Shown here piece by piece: positions 13,163 to 25,479 of a stretch of 64,000 nucleotides of DNA. This DNA comes from Paecilomyces variotii (lineage: Eukaryota): NCBI GenBank assembly GCA_004022145.1, contig RCNU01000022.1. The stretch is one strand, 5' to 3'. The notes beneath the pieces were generated by a model. That model worked only from the letters and a program-made list of their open reading frames with translations, had not been told where the DNA came from and made no database searches. Position 1 is the stretch's first letter. Each line of letters starts with the position of its first letter. The position numbers and the translations under genes were made by a program.

Positions 13163-16100
13163 TTACTCTCCGACTTTGGCGGTCCTTTTGCTCATACTAT
13201 GAATAATTACGGTTAGTATATTTGATGTGTACCTGGATAGATAGGTAGAAAGAAAGAAAGGGGCGACGACTTACAATTCGAAGAAAGCGAACTGGCTAGG
13301 ACTGCTGCCGTACTCGTAGACAAAGCGACTTGCGATGTAACTGCCGAAGATAGCACGTAGGTAGCTATCAGGCACCTTGTTTTCATCACGTTAGCGTAAT
13401 CGGTTATTGCAGCGACAAAGATTAGTATGCTACACTTACCCTCTCCATGATTGTGTCAAGGCCTATCTTGTCGAGGAGGAGTCTAGGTAGAGCGTCTTTG
13501 AGAACCGATCTACGCAGTTCCAGATCATCCCAGAGCTTTGTCTTCTGAAGCTCTTCGTCAAGGGTGGTAATGGCGACACTGAGCTTGTCACTGAGGACAC
13601 TGCGCGGCATACCGGTCTGTTCCTGCTCACGCCAGATAGCCTCGAATTCAAGGGTTGCGTTTCTTTTGATGATCTCCTGGACCTCTTTGACGTACTCCTT
13701 GTAGAATTCTGGGATTGTGCCATCTTCACGGACGCACATGTTCTCTACGAAGCCTTTATCATCAAAGGAGAGAGATGCAAGAACTTCAAGGGACGAGGAT
13801 GTAACACCTCCCTTGTTGGCAGACGCATCTTTGAATACAATGCAGCCCGCCTTTTCCAGCCGGAGCTTGCTGTCTTGGGTGATGAAAAGGTTCGCTCCTT
13901 CGACAATATATGGGATGCATGTTTTGCCATCGACGATGAGCTTTCCGACAGATGAAAGATCGATAGACTCTGGTCTTCCACCGCAAGGAACAAACATGTC
14001 GTATTTGTGATCCCTGCGCAGATGGAAGGTATTACGGAAGACCATGCCGTTGTTGACTATCTCACCACTGGGCAGCTTGACATTGCTCTCGTCGACGAGG
14101 ACCCGGTATCCGTTAGGTGAGAGTTTGGAGGTATCAAACTCTGATATGGTGACTCTCTTCTTGGCGAGTCTCACCAGCTCCTCGTGGTCAATTCCCTCGG
14201 GGTCCACGAGTACACCAGAGCCATCGACGATTGCAATATACTTCTCGTTTCCAAGGAGGATCTCGTTCGACCCAAGATCGCCGTCCGGACCACCCGTCTG
14301 CAGTTTCCTCACCGTCGACGGGTCGATGCCCAGCTTACGGTAGATTCCAAGCACGTATTGGCGCACGGACAAGGTAGTCATGCCGTAAGCGTCGTGAGGA
14401 ATACCACCAAGCTTGGGACTCTTTCCGGTAAAGAATGACTTCCACCAAGACGCGCCTCTCTTTCTCGCGTGTTCAGTGGCCCAGTCCACCAGCTCAGCCG
14501 TATTCTCATCAGGGCCCATGAATAGGATCTCATCCTTGCCATACAGATCGACGATAGGATCCTTGATTCCCGGGCTAGTCGGTGGAAGCAAGAGGTCCAT
14601 GATACTGTCGATGTACTTCTCGAAAGCGACCCGGGCCTTGTCCTGATGGTTCACGTCAAGCAGGATGACACCCTTCGCACCGCCTTCGGGGATATCCTTG
14701 TTTTTCCGCTGTTGGGTGTTCGCCAGGTTGTAATTCTCGTCGAACAAAGAGCGAGCATTGATGCTGTAGGCTTCCTTGTTACGGCTCTTGACGATACGGA
14801 TACCTCCACGAGCTATGTCACGGAATCGAAGGTGGAAAGCCCGGAACTCAGAGCTGATGACGAGGAACATGCCATAAAGACGTTGCGGGTATTCATGCTC
14901 AGGAAGGAAATCAGGGTTAAGTCGGAAACTAAGAGCAACCTTCGTAGGAGTGTAGAAATTCGTCTTCAGGACCGAAGCGTTGAAGACACGGAAGGCCGTC
15001 ATGACCATCTCGTCATGCTCGTTCAATGCAGTTTTCGAGATGAGTTCCTTGAGTTGCGCGTCATCCAAAACCTCGTCAACCTGAAGACGGAGGTAACTCA
15101 ATGTTGGTAGGAAATCATCGTGTCCCGGACCGCCAGTTTGCACATAATGCGTATTGGCAAAGTCTAGATACAGCTTGTGGACGAGCTCGGGATACTTGTT
15201 GATAATATCGAAGATATAGTCCGAGGTGAAAGTTTCAGTGCGAAGTCTGCGCTTTATCTTCGCCAGCAGTTCAGCGTGAACGCTGTTATTCGGGTCCAGC
15301 ACAGCTGTCAGCGAGGTGTATTCCGAACCAAGACGGTTCAAGAACTGCTGGACGAAAACCCAGCTACAATGAGCGTAGATGGTCTCCTGCAAGCTGAGAC
15401 GTCCGCTGGCAAAGTGACCCTGGAACCTGTTCTGTGGGATACAGTACAACAGCGAGATTTCCTTCATGATCTGATGGATAGCAGCCTCGATGGGAGGATA
15501 CCTCTGAGAAATCTCAGGGTTGTCCAGGGGGCGCAGATAAAGAGATAGCACCGTGATGCCATTGGAGAAGTTCTCCAGATACTTCCTCGAGCTCGTCAGG
15601 CGGTAGTAATGGTAAAGATCAGACAGCGCACTGAACATGCCTATGGCAGAGCCCTGACGGTATGCGATGACCAGTCTCTTTTCCCGACTGCCTTCGATTT
15701 CGAACATTTCAATCACTGGACCAGCTCGATTCACAGCATTGCTGATGATCTCCTGGTAGACTGCCTTGGTGTTGGCCGTGGCCTTTTGCAGGAACCGCCT
15801 CTCACCGATGATTTCAATGTTAGTCTCGTCAGGCGACGGGTTTGGATTGCTAAACTGGCACTTGTATACGAAGTAGCAGCGCAGTTGCTGTTCCTTGTCG
15901 CCCGGAAGCGGGCTCGAGGAGCGGAAAGTCTCGACACGGTAGCTGTTGTCATGGGTGGAGTTATCGATGTATTTCTCGTCTATCCTCTTTTCATACTGCG
16001 GTCCGTCAAAGGTCGAAACACCAGGCTTGCTGGTGTCGATGTACACCGCGTGGTCTTCTGCTTCCTTATCCAATCTAATTTCCAGCTGCTTGTCATCGCG

Positions 16101-16694
16101 AGCGTACGCCGCAACCTTTGCTGCGTACAGGGAAAGGATCTGCGTGACGATGGAATCGACCGTCTCCGTTTGGAAGTACATGTCGTCAATGCCTAACATA
16201 TTGTAGAACCAGGTAGTCTCTGATACGACGAAATCGCTAGGGAAGAATCCCTTCTCTTCCAGCTTGTCCATGACTACGCTTGATGATCAGATCACATTGT
16301 CGAACAAGGAGCTGCACAGATCGCTGCAAACTGGGACTATCTCACCTTGTTCCATCTGCTTCTGCTTGCCCTCGAACTTGGCAGCAATATATCCGGGATC
16401 CTCCTCTGATAAGATCCTGTAAGGACCGCCTCCAGGGATCCCCAAATGCGTAGGCTGGGGCGAGGGCTGACGCTGCTGAGAGCGCAGCGCGGCATTTTCG
16501 AGGACCTTGTTCTGAGGATATCTCTGGAATCCTATAGGCGTGCCAGTCCCTGAAGCCCCGTTCTCACCATTGGAAAACAGCTTTGGGCCAGACGGGTTCG
16601 AAAGACTGCTGCTGTTGAGGCCCCGGTCTGCGAGGTCTCCAGACGCAGAGACATCCTGCGAGAGACGACCGGCCGGACGAGTGGGAGAAGACAT
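13163..16694 (-). CDS. gdhB: NAD-specific glutamate dehydrogenase (large ~1100-aa type; 4 exons)
   Basis: 'RFRDIARGGIR', 'KNKDIPEGGAKG', 'GPDENTA', 'TGGPDGDLGSN', 'DASANKGGVTSSS'. Terminal exons VPDSYLRAIFGS... and MSKRTAKVGE*. Confidence 0.96.
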
Positions 16695-18831
16695 GACGGA
16701 TCACTGTTTTTGTTTTTGGTGAGATCCGTCTAGATAGAGAGGAGAGTTTCTTTTTCTTTTCTCTCTCTCTTTTCTTTTCTTTCAAACAAACAACAGACAC
16801 TCTGTTATCTGCAAGGGTTCGTTGGAAGCGGTCAGCGGGATAACGAGTCTCCTCGCGCGAGGGGCATGAGATGTCAAGACAACACAACAAAGAAGCGCAC
16901 ACTCCCCATAAAAGGCGAGAGCTAGCTAACTAGCGAGGATAGTCAATCAAGGGATACGTGCCTCAATCAGACAGGGAGGACGAAGGCTTAAATATGAACC
17001 AGGTTGGACTGTAATACTAATAATAAATTGGATTAATTAATCCATTGCACGTTACGCCGACCGGACCGGGTTGACGTTTTTCTAGTTCGCCAGGGGCAAA
17101 AGGGCACGTCATTTTGCAAGTTCATTATTATTGGGAGCTGCAGAAGAGCGGCAAAATAACCAGTCTGCTCCAGCGGGATCATTCTGGTTCCAATCGCATT
17201 GTTGTCTTGTTCGTGTCTTCCTCTGCTAGTTACACTTACTTACTAGACTAACTAACTATCTCTATCTATCTTTAGACACTTTAGACAACCCCAGCCGGCC
17301 AGCAGCGGCCAGGCGCGGCCAACCCGGTCCGCACGGGGCTGGATCGATCATTGAAATGATCGGTGACCAGCCGTCGAGGAAGCTACTTATCGCTAGTCTA
17401 ACCCTGGAAAAGAAGCCCATCGCGGGGTACTAGTAACCAGAAAAATGGAACAAGAAGAACAAGAAGAGGCACACCCACGCTGTTCCTGGCTGATCTCTAT
17501 CTGAAAGTAATACAGTAATACATACCACCGCCTACAACCGGAAGAATCCAGCCGCAAACATGGCACAATATCAAACCCGCAATACTAACTATGGTTACTT
17601 AACAAGGGTCAAGTGACGACCGCAGCTAATTACTCTCCCATTCCAACCGATTATCACAGAGTATGTACCATAATATGTAACTGCGTCTTTTTTTCCCCCC
17701 CTTGGTCTTTCTCACCTCTAGACTACTAACTAACGACCATATGACATGACAAGAAAGAATTCGCGCTTCTTCTCGGATGTGCCCCGCCCTGGGCCCGTTC
17801 GATCCTGGAGAATTCGGAGTATCAAATGCCCCAGACGGGAAACCATTCAAGTAATATACCCCGCTTACTCTTCTGCTTATAACGTAAGAGCCCGTTTCCA
17901 TGAGTCAACGATTTCCTTCTCGCTGGCCAACAAGGTCGCTTGGAGAGACAGAGAGAGAGAAAAGGGCGTTTTTCTTGTTGCTGTTGCACGCACGCAATTT
18001 GCTCGCAGTAATTCCTTTCCGGTCCTGTTGGGGATAGAGCGGTGTAGAGGGCAGGTCGACGTTCTCATAAAAATAAGAATAATAGAGTATTGTTATGATT
18101 AACTATTATTATTACTATTATGCATCGTGCTCTATGGTATGTACTTACATCAGAGACCTTTCTAGCCGCTTCTAGATAAATGCTCAGGAACCTACCGTAG
18201 CGGGTCCACTATGTTGTTCACACGACGAGAGAAAAGAAAGACATCCGAGCGTCAAAGTAATAATACTTAGATAGGGGCTCGGCTTGAGCCGGGGCTACAT
18301 CGAATTGAATAATGCAGTCAGAAGTGTCGATTGGATAAACGATTCCTCCGTTTTTGTTTTCTGAAATAACTCATTCTTGTAACTCGTCTTTCTTGCAAAG
18401 AAGAAGAAAAAAAAAACCCCCCCGCAAAGAAAAAAGGAATCCAAACTAGTCTTTAAGATAATATGTCTAAGAACCGCGGATTAAAACTACATATACGGTT
18501 AATCAGGCCCAAAAAAAAAAAAAAAAACACAGCGCTGGTAAGGATCCTCGAGTAGACTACGTACTACGTAGTCTAGACCAGATTAACTATCGATTTGAAC
18601 ACATACCATATATCTATCTCTGTAGCGTCATATGACCAGGTCCTCAATAACTAGCCCATTCTCTTCTTTCTTTTTTTTTTTTCTTTTCCAGATAACTAGT
18701 TAATTACCTACTTGGTCAGTTACCAAATTTTGTCTACATGCTTAGATACTGATCACGGCCTCCTTCCCCGGATTCCGTCAGATGCATAACTATACCGGAA
18801 TTCAAAGCTAACTATCCTTTCCTTTTATTAT

Positions 18832-18867
18832 GGACGGTATAAATTCTAGGACAGTATAAATTCTAGG
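18832..18867. repeat. 17-bp-period tandem duplication GGAC(G/A)GTATAAATTCTA
   Basis: GTATAAATTCTAGG occurs at 18837-18850 and 18854-18867. Confidence 0.8.
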
Positions 18868-19347
18868 TTTCTATATTCGCGATGTTGATTAGAAGTTCTT
18901 TCTTTTCTTTTTGTCTATTTGAGAAGAAGATTAATGTAACTACACCTGGTGACAGATACATATTCGCACGCTGGTAAGGTAGTATGTCTAGCCGCCTCTT
19001 TCTGTTTTTTCGATCATGAGGCACTTCCCAGAGGTGGATGGCAGTTTACGAAGAAAGACTTGGGGGTCTGTGTCCTTTCTAAAATAGAATTTTCATTGCC
19101 TGTCATCACCGCTCAAAGACGTCCAATCCGGTAAGCGACCCATCTATATAAGAGATATGCATCATGCATAAAAAACGAAGAACAACAGGGGGTATAAAGA
19201 AGTGATAACTCGAGACAGCAAAACATAGAATCTTCAACGCGTGAGCACCATTACGTGACGCCATAATCATTCCAGCCATAATTGCAAATTCATAAAAAAA
19301 AAAAAAAAACAAGAAGGAATATTCGTGTTGCCTCGGTTTCCGGTGGG

Positions 19348-20945
19348 TTACTCGCCCGTCCCCGAGGTCGTCCAGCGTTTGGCCCGTGGACGGTCGCCAA
19401 TCCAATTCTTGATCACGCAAGGATCGTGCACTGTGCCTTGACAGACCTTCCGTCTGTTGAGGTTCTTGAATCGGGGACCCAGTGGGCCATTGACGTAGTG
19501 GTATTGTCCAGCAAACCGGTATTGCCTCTTGTCACCCAGAGGATAGAACTTATCGCCCCAGTGGCCGTTGAAATAAAACCACTCCGTTGGAGAAGCGGGG
19601 TTTTGGACGGACGCGCGGAGGGTGTCGCTCAGATAATCGTACGTGTAAGTGTGCGAGTTCAGCACCGGATCCCAGAGTGGGCCCCGATCCGTCTCGTCAT
19701 GGAGGAGTCCCCACGGCAGAATATATTCGTGTATCCCCGGCGTGGCATACATCGCATGGGTGCCAACGGCAGAGTATATCACAGGCTAGGTTGCACCGTC
19801 AGTGCTTTGGTTCATTCGAGCTTCCGGCTAGGATGGCAACTCACCCGTTTCCCGATCTTCTCGACCGCCTCATAGCTGTATGCCTCACCGGCAGAGTGTG
19901 CGCTGAAGAACAACGCCTTCGGCTTGCCATTGTGAAACCGCACGAGACAATGCTCCCAGTCACCTACGTGGTTACCGAAGCGCACGTTCAGAACCACATT
20001 CCCCAGATTGAAACTGTAGAAGTAAAACCAGAAGGCATCGATGATGCCGTGTCCCTTGTCTACGACGATCAGAACGGCAGGGGCATCACTTCGTCCGCCG
20101 TTATGGCCTTCATCGCGGATTCTCTTCCCGCCATAGCGTTTTCTCAGTTCATCGCGAAACTCTTCACCTTCGGGCGTATCTACCGGTACTGGTCCAGTCT
20201 CTTCTTGCAATGGGCTTTCATCACCGGAATCGTACCACTTCGTCCTTTCGTCATAGGTATCCCCCGGAATAGTGCCGTCCACTCTGCCATCCCAATCGGC
20301 CCAGGGTTCTTCCGGGTCTGAGTCACCTGGATCGGGGATATTCTTCTCTCCTTCCAGCCAGTCCGGTCGATCTTCAACATTATCGTTACTGGTTAAGAAA
20401 ACATGTCTTCCTTCCTGGAATTGATTCAATTGGTCCAGATTGCGTAATGTGGGATGGTCCCACGGGGACTGAATTGGCGTATAGTTCAGCATGGGGGTGA
20501 TATGGTATAGATGCTCTGCAATGTCGCCAGGCCAGAATTGCTCTTTGGAAAACAAATGCACCAGAGGCGCGTATTCGAAAACATAGTCGGGGATCTCCCG
20601 CAGGACCCGGTCATCGTCCGACCATTGCGCGGAGAAATTGGCAGCTGGACCCCATGCAGAACGCCAGGGTGCGTTGTCATCGTCCACAGGCTCCTGCAGG
20701 CCTGCTTTCCTATGTCCAAACCGGGGCCGGACTGGGCGTAGGTGCGCTGTACCGCAGAGTCCTAGCCAGCGGCAGGCTTTGCGGTCCACCCACGAATGGG
20801 AGCTCGCGATCCATCGCGGCTCGTCGTAGTCTTCTTCGTACCATATGAACGCAGACGGATTGACAGCTCTGTAGAGACTGTTGATCGATACGTAAGCTAT
20901 CAGGGACGACAAGACAGCAATGGCAGCCCAGGACTTGCGCGTCAT
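19348..20945 (-). CDS. Vps62-family protein (2 exons)
   Basis: 'YAPLVHLFSKEQFWP', 'FWFYFYSFNLG...FGNHVGDWEH', 'YSAVGTHAMYATPG', 'GPLGPRFKNL'. Intron ~19844-19786. First in-frame ATG at 20945 precedes a hydrophobic segment; the start is uncertain. Confidence 0.85.
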
Positions 20946-22082
20946 CTGCTGGAAGAGCGAGAGATCCCGCGGATCCCCCGACTCGACAAGATCGTTGGGA
21001 CCAGACGAGAGCGCGGTCGGGGTTGTCTGCTGGTGGACATATACTGTTTGTCGAGTGCGGCCGGGCAGGTCGTCAGGGGAATTGGACGGTGCGGTCGCAG
21101 GCGAGAGAACGATCGACTGGTCCGTTGGGGGTGGTCCTAGATGGCCGTGGTGTAGCAACGCAGTGGTGGTGGGATGTATCGCGAACGGCGGAGTGAAAAG
21201 CGGTGTCTGGCCGCCATGACGGAGTTGCAGGGACACTGTTATAAGAAAAAAGAAGGACGAGAGGTTTCCAGTTAGCCGGGGGCCCAGAACATGCTTCAGA
21301 TCCAGCACGTCTCCTCGTGAGCAGCAAAAAAGTCAACAGTACAGATAATACAAGACAAGAGGCGACAAGGCTTAGTGGGGTGGATCAGGACAGGGGAGAA
21401 AAGAGCGGATAAGCCTGACAATCCGGGCCAGTGAGATGGTTAGGCCGGGAGGGAGCGGATGGCATCATGATGAGCACCCAAAAGCATCTGACGGCCTAGA
21501 CGGATGCATCCTCGAACTAAAACTTCTATCAAGCTGTTGGGCTTGACTCATCGAGAGCTTTCCGCGAGCAGCCGGAGAAGGTGAACGTTCCGGATGAGAT
21601 GGGGGGAACACGGATGTTACCGTTTTTCTCTGCCACCGGGAGGAATGGACAGACAGACAGATACAGATAGATAGACAGATAGACAGACACACAATATGCA
21701 CAGAGAAAAAGGGACTAGAGCAGTCACGACTTACTGGGTGCAGAATAATGCAGATACGGAGGATGGTACAGATACAGATACAGAACTGTCCATACATCAG
21801 TGGGAGAGTGTCGAGCTTCTTCGGGCACTTGGAGATGGTCGACGGCCTGACCCGGGACCGGCACGGCGAGAGAGAAGAGGGGTAAAACCGGGGGAGTTGG
21901 ACTGGAGTTTCAGTATCTACTCTAGTCCATCTAGTAGTGTCTATGGTATTATGGTATTATTATGGTACTACCATATGGTACTCTACGGCATAGATACGTA
22001 CCATACGTATGTGGTAGTATAGGACAGGGTACAGAGTAGTAGTTAGGCAGTAGTAGTAGTATAGTCCGATGTATGTACCAGT

Positions 22083-22093
22083 AAGTAGTAGTA

Positions 22094-22126
<33 letters not shown>
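22083..22126. repeat. (TAG)n/(TAA)n microsatellite
   Basis: agtagtagtag followed by about ten taa units in intergenic DNA. Confidence 0.85.
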
Positions 22127-22128
<2 letters not shown>

Positions 22129-23028
22129 CTATCTACCGTATGAATTCAGTCGTCATAACCTACCTAAGGTACTTACTGCCTACCTAGGTAGTAACTATCT
22201 CGAACTACTCTAGGCTTAAAGAGTTCTTCCACTACGTCAACCACCGCAACTCCGAGGCGGAACCGGGAACCGGTTGGCGCGCGGGACGGCAGCGGGCGGC
22301 CTCCACTGATGTTATGGATCATGGTAGAGTAGAATATGGTAGAGTTGCTGGAGTATCTAGTAGTATTATTATTCAGGTAAGTTGATGATTAAATAAGTCA
22401 ACTAGTAACTCGTTATTCACAGATTATCGTTCATCCATCAGCCCCATGATCATGACGATGCGCCCGCTGACCAACTGCAATTCGCCGTCAAGGTATTATT
22501 CGGATAGTCCGGGTAGATAGATAGAAGATAGAACTAACTATGACCTGGTAGGTTTATGACCAGACTGACTGACAGCATTAGGTATGGTATTATGTATTAT
22601 TACTCGACTTTTTCCAGGTCCGGGAGCGGTCCTTTTTTTTTTCTTTTTCTGTTGGTAAAATATCTTCTGGCTTCGACCGGCATCGACCCCACCGATCGGC
22701 CCTAGACTCGCTTTGATAATAATAATATCATGCTGATGCAACGGCAGCGGACTGTCTTCTCTCACAAGTTGACAACCCTATGGTAGACTACTCTCTAATC
22801 GATACTCTGATCATACTCTAGATATGGTAGACTAACTAACTAAATCACCAACTATCCAACCAACCAACCAACGGGCTGCCCCGTTCCGAACTCCGACGGA
22901 CCGCTATCTTTCCCTTTTCTTCTTTTCTTGCCCTTCCCTTTCTTTCTCTTTTTAATGATCGCCTGGATCATCCCGGGTGCGCCGGCAGTGATAGCCCAAC
23001 CGGTCCTGCCAACACATCTCGACCGCCA

Positions 23029-24051
23029 ATGCAAGCCGATCCCCGCGAGCTTGTGGTGGATCCGGCCCTAGCTGGCCCCGACCACGACTCCGACGACGAG
23101 TATGAATACGAGTATGACCAGTCCGAGACAGAGGCAGGTTTTTTTCTGGTTCTCTCCGCTTCTCCAGCGGACGATCACTAATGCGCACTCCAGACCTTCT
23201 ATCTGAATCTCGATCTCACCACCTGTAATGGCGTGTTACGGCCCCCAAGACGCAGGCAGGAGCCTGCTACTGCCGCTGCCACTATCGCGTCCTCTGCATC
23301 CTCGCCCTTCTCGACCGCTCTTGATGCAGGCTCGTCGTTCCTAGATAGTCAGAATGACCCTGCTACGGACGCAGGCGACGATATGTCGTCACAAAACCGG
23401 CTTCAGTTACTCGATTTAGCGGGCACCAACCCTATCGTATCTTACCAGAACCAGGTCTTCAGCTGCTCCTGGACAGACATGATTGGTACAGAACTACTTT
23501 TCACAGCGCCGGAGCCCCAGACAGAGCCGTCAGAGCTCACATTCGTCAAACAAGAGAAGGAGTTTGATCTTCTCGCTGTAAATTCTGTCAAACTCGTTGG
23601 TCAGAAAGCAACCCTTGTGACCAGCAGTGGTATGAAGGCTGCACAGAGCGTGAGCGCAGACCACTCTGCGGTTACACAGGCACCTGAACTCCAGCAGCAA
23701 CGACCAAGAACGATTATCCCGAAGACAGCCCGACAAACGGACCAGGCAATCTTTCTAGAACGGCTCATGAATGCCAAGCAAGCAAAGAATGAAAAGGACA
23801 TCGTCCGCACCGTCTTCGGCACAAGACGAGGTCCCAGTTTTGATAGCAGGTTGCAAGGCTGGGCAAGAACAGAAGAGCGGATGGCAGAGATTCAAAACCT
23901 CAACCGTGCCATGCTGCAGGGAGACATGAATGCGATGATGTCTCTGGAGCAGATCTACAGCCAGATTGACAACGGTAACAATAACAACAACAATCATGAC
24001 AATAGTAATAATGATGCCGTTGCAGAGGACAGCAATAATGCGAGACTTTAG
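23029..24051 (+). CDS. TFIIIC subunit-6 (Tfc7-like) domain protein; GC-AG intron 23134-23193
   Basis: Acidic 'DDEYEYEYDQSETE' spliced to 'TFYLNLDLT', followed by 'LQLLDLAGTNPIVSYQNQVFSCSWTDMIGTELLF', resembling the TFIIIC_sub6 domain. Confidence 0.72.
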
Positions 24052-25225
24052 GCTTAGACCGGAGCCCGTCACTATTATTGTCACTGTTGTCACTATTCCT
24101 TTCTCTGTGCATTGAAATACCCCGGGTGAATTTGGTATGACTTCTTTTGATTCAATCTTCTCTCATAATTCATTCTAAATACAATCATACTACCAACAGC
24201 CTTATGTTTATATGTTTATTCCTCGCAGAGCGAGATCCAATGCGCCTCTGGCGGAGGTGCCGTGGACACTAATTTTAAAGTTACGGCACCATGCACGACA
24301 ACATGCCTATGGAAATAATATGGTAATATGGCACTACTTGCGGCAATCCCCACGGAAGCATCGGATCTGACTATCACCTCCAGGGAAGAAGGCGGTGGCT
24401 GAGTTTTCCCTTTTGAAGTAATTTACAAGGGCTGTCTACTTCTAGTGGCGGTTCCCCCCAGTAAGTACCATAGTCAGGGCGTCAAATGGGATCGAGTCCT
24501 CTTGTCTACTACTCCGTACTCCCAATCAGCTAAGCAGCCTTGCTCGGAGGAGTTAAACTGTAGGGCTGAGTGATGTGCTTTGCTGAGCCGCAACCTCCCT
24601 GTACTGTAACATGTGTGTAGTTTCCCGTTCCTCTGTGACATACATGGCACGTTTATCAGATCGTTCGGGTGCTGATGACGTTCGTTGCTATTAGTGTCAG
24701 GGTGAGTACTATAGAATGGCTTCATTCTATCAGATTTCCCTTTGATTGAGAGGCCCTGTTAAGACCAGGATATAAAAGGGCAGCACCCCTACATACTGCC
24801 ATCTCTTTTTATCTAACTTATGTCTTGAATTTCGAGATATTGACATCATCGGATAGGCCGGGTTTTTGTACAGAATTTTCTGTCGGTTTGCTCTGGAATC
24901 CGTTCGTAGATTCAAGATCTGTTTAATATCGTCTAGATATTTCTCGATGGGATTAATATCTCCAAAGATGAGTAGAATCGGTAGCTGAAGTGCCCATCAG
25001 TAATGCAGTGCTTCGTCGGTATCTGAAGTAACTAATAAATAGATAACTAGTTAGTTAATTATGCACGCTAGCACTGCTGATTAAGTAATACTAAGGCTTT
25101 ATTTAGTTACTGCAAACTAGTTAAACCAATCAGTTAAAATAGTTCAATTAACTTAACATAGATAAGTACGGAGTAGATAGTCTAACTAAGACTTTTGACG
25201 TTGGCAGTGGCTGGTCTGGAGCTCA

Positions 25226-25233
25226 TCACGTGA
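25226..25233. promoter_or_regulatory. TCACGTGA E-box (Cbf1-type bHLH site) upstream of MED14
   Basis: Exact palindrome about 250 bp upstream of ATG 25480. The same motif occurs at 40059 and 44755. Confidence 0.45.
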
Positions 25234-25479
25234 GAGCGGACGTCTTCACTGCCCGGTCGATATCCCCATCCGCCCTGGAAACTTCGACGGCGATCCACGA
25301 CCGCAGCGTCGTGAGGCTCGAAGAACGCTTCGCATTATTATGCCGATAGAGAGTCCTCTCGGTTCGACCTACACAATCGCCCCGTCATCGACAAAACGAT
25401 CGACAGTCCACGATCTGCGAGGTGGTTGTGGTTAGAGGGGCCATATGCGTGAGATGACGAGTGCTGCTGCGCATCAGAT

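Noticed and set aside
14646-16196. Several 120-195-aa + strand ORFs opposite gdhB
   Set aside because: Typical antisense ORFs produced by codon bias of a highly expressed gene; no independent gene signals.
17396-17410. CTAACCCT resembling a telomerase RNA template or telomeric repeat
   Set aside because: A single partial repeat with no other supporting elements.
17790-17812. GTTCGATCC resembling a tRNA B-box
   Set aside because: The flanks do not form a T-stem, and no acceptor or anticodon arms could be built.
16900-19200. Long intergenic region as a possible transposon relic
   Set aside because: No terminal repeats, target-site duplication or transposase/RT-like ORF was recognised.
24040-24051. 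C-terminal ARL (PTS1-like) on the TFIIIC-subunit protein
   Set aside because: Follows an Asn-rich low-complexity tail in a presumed nuclear protein; probably coincidental.
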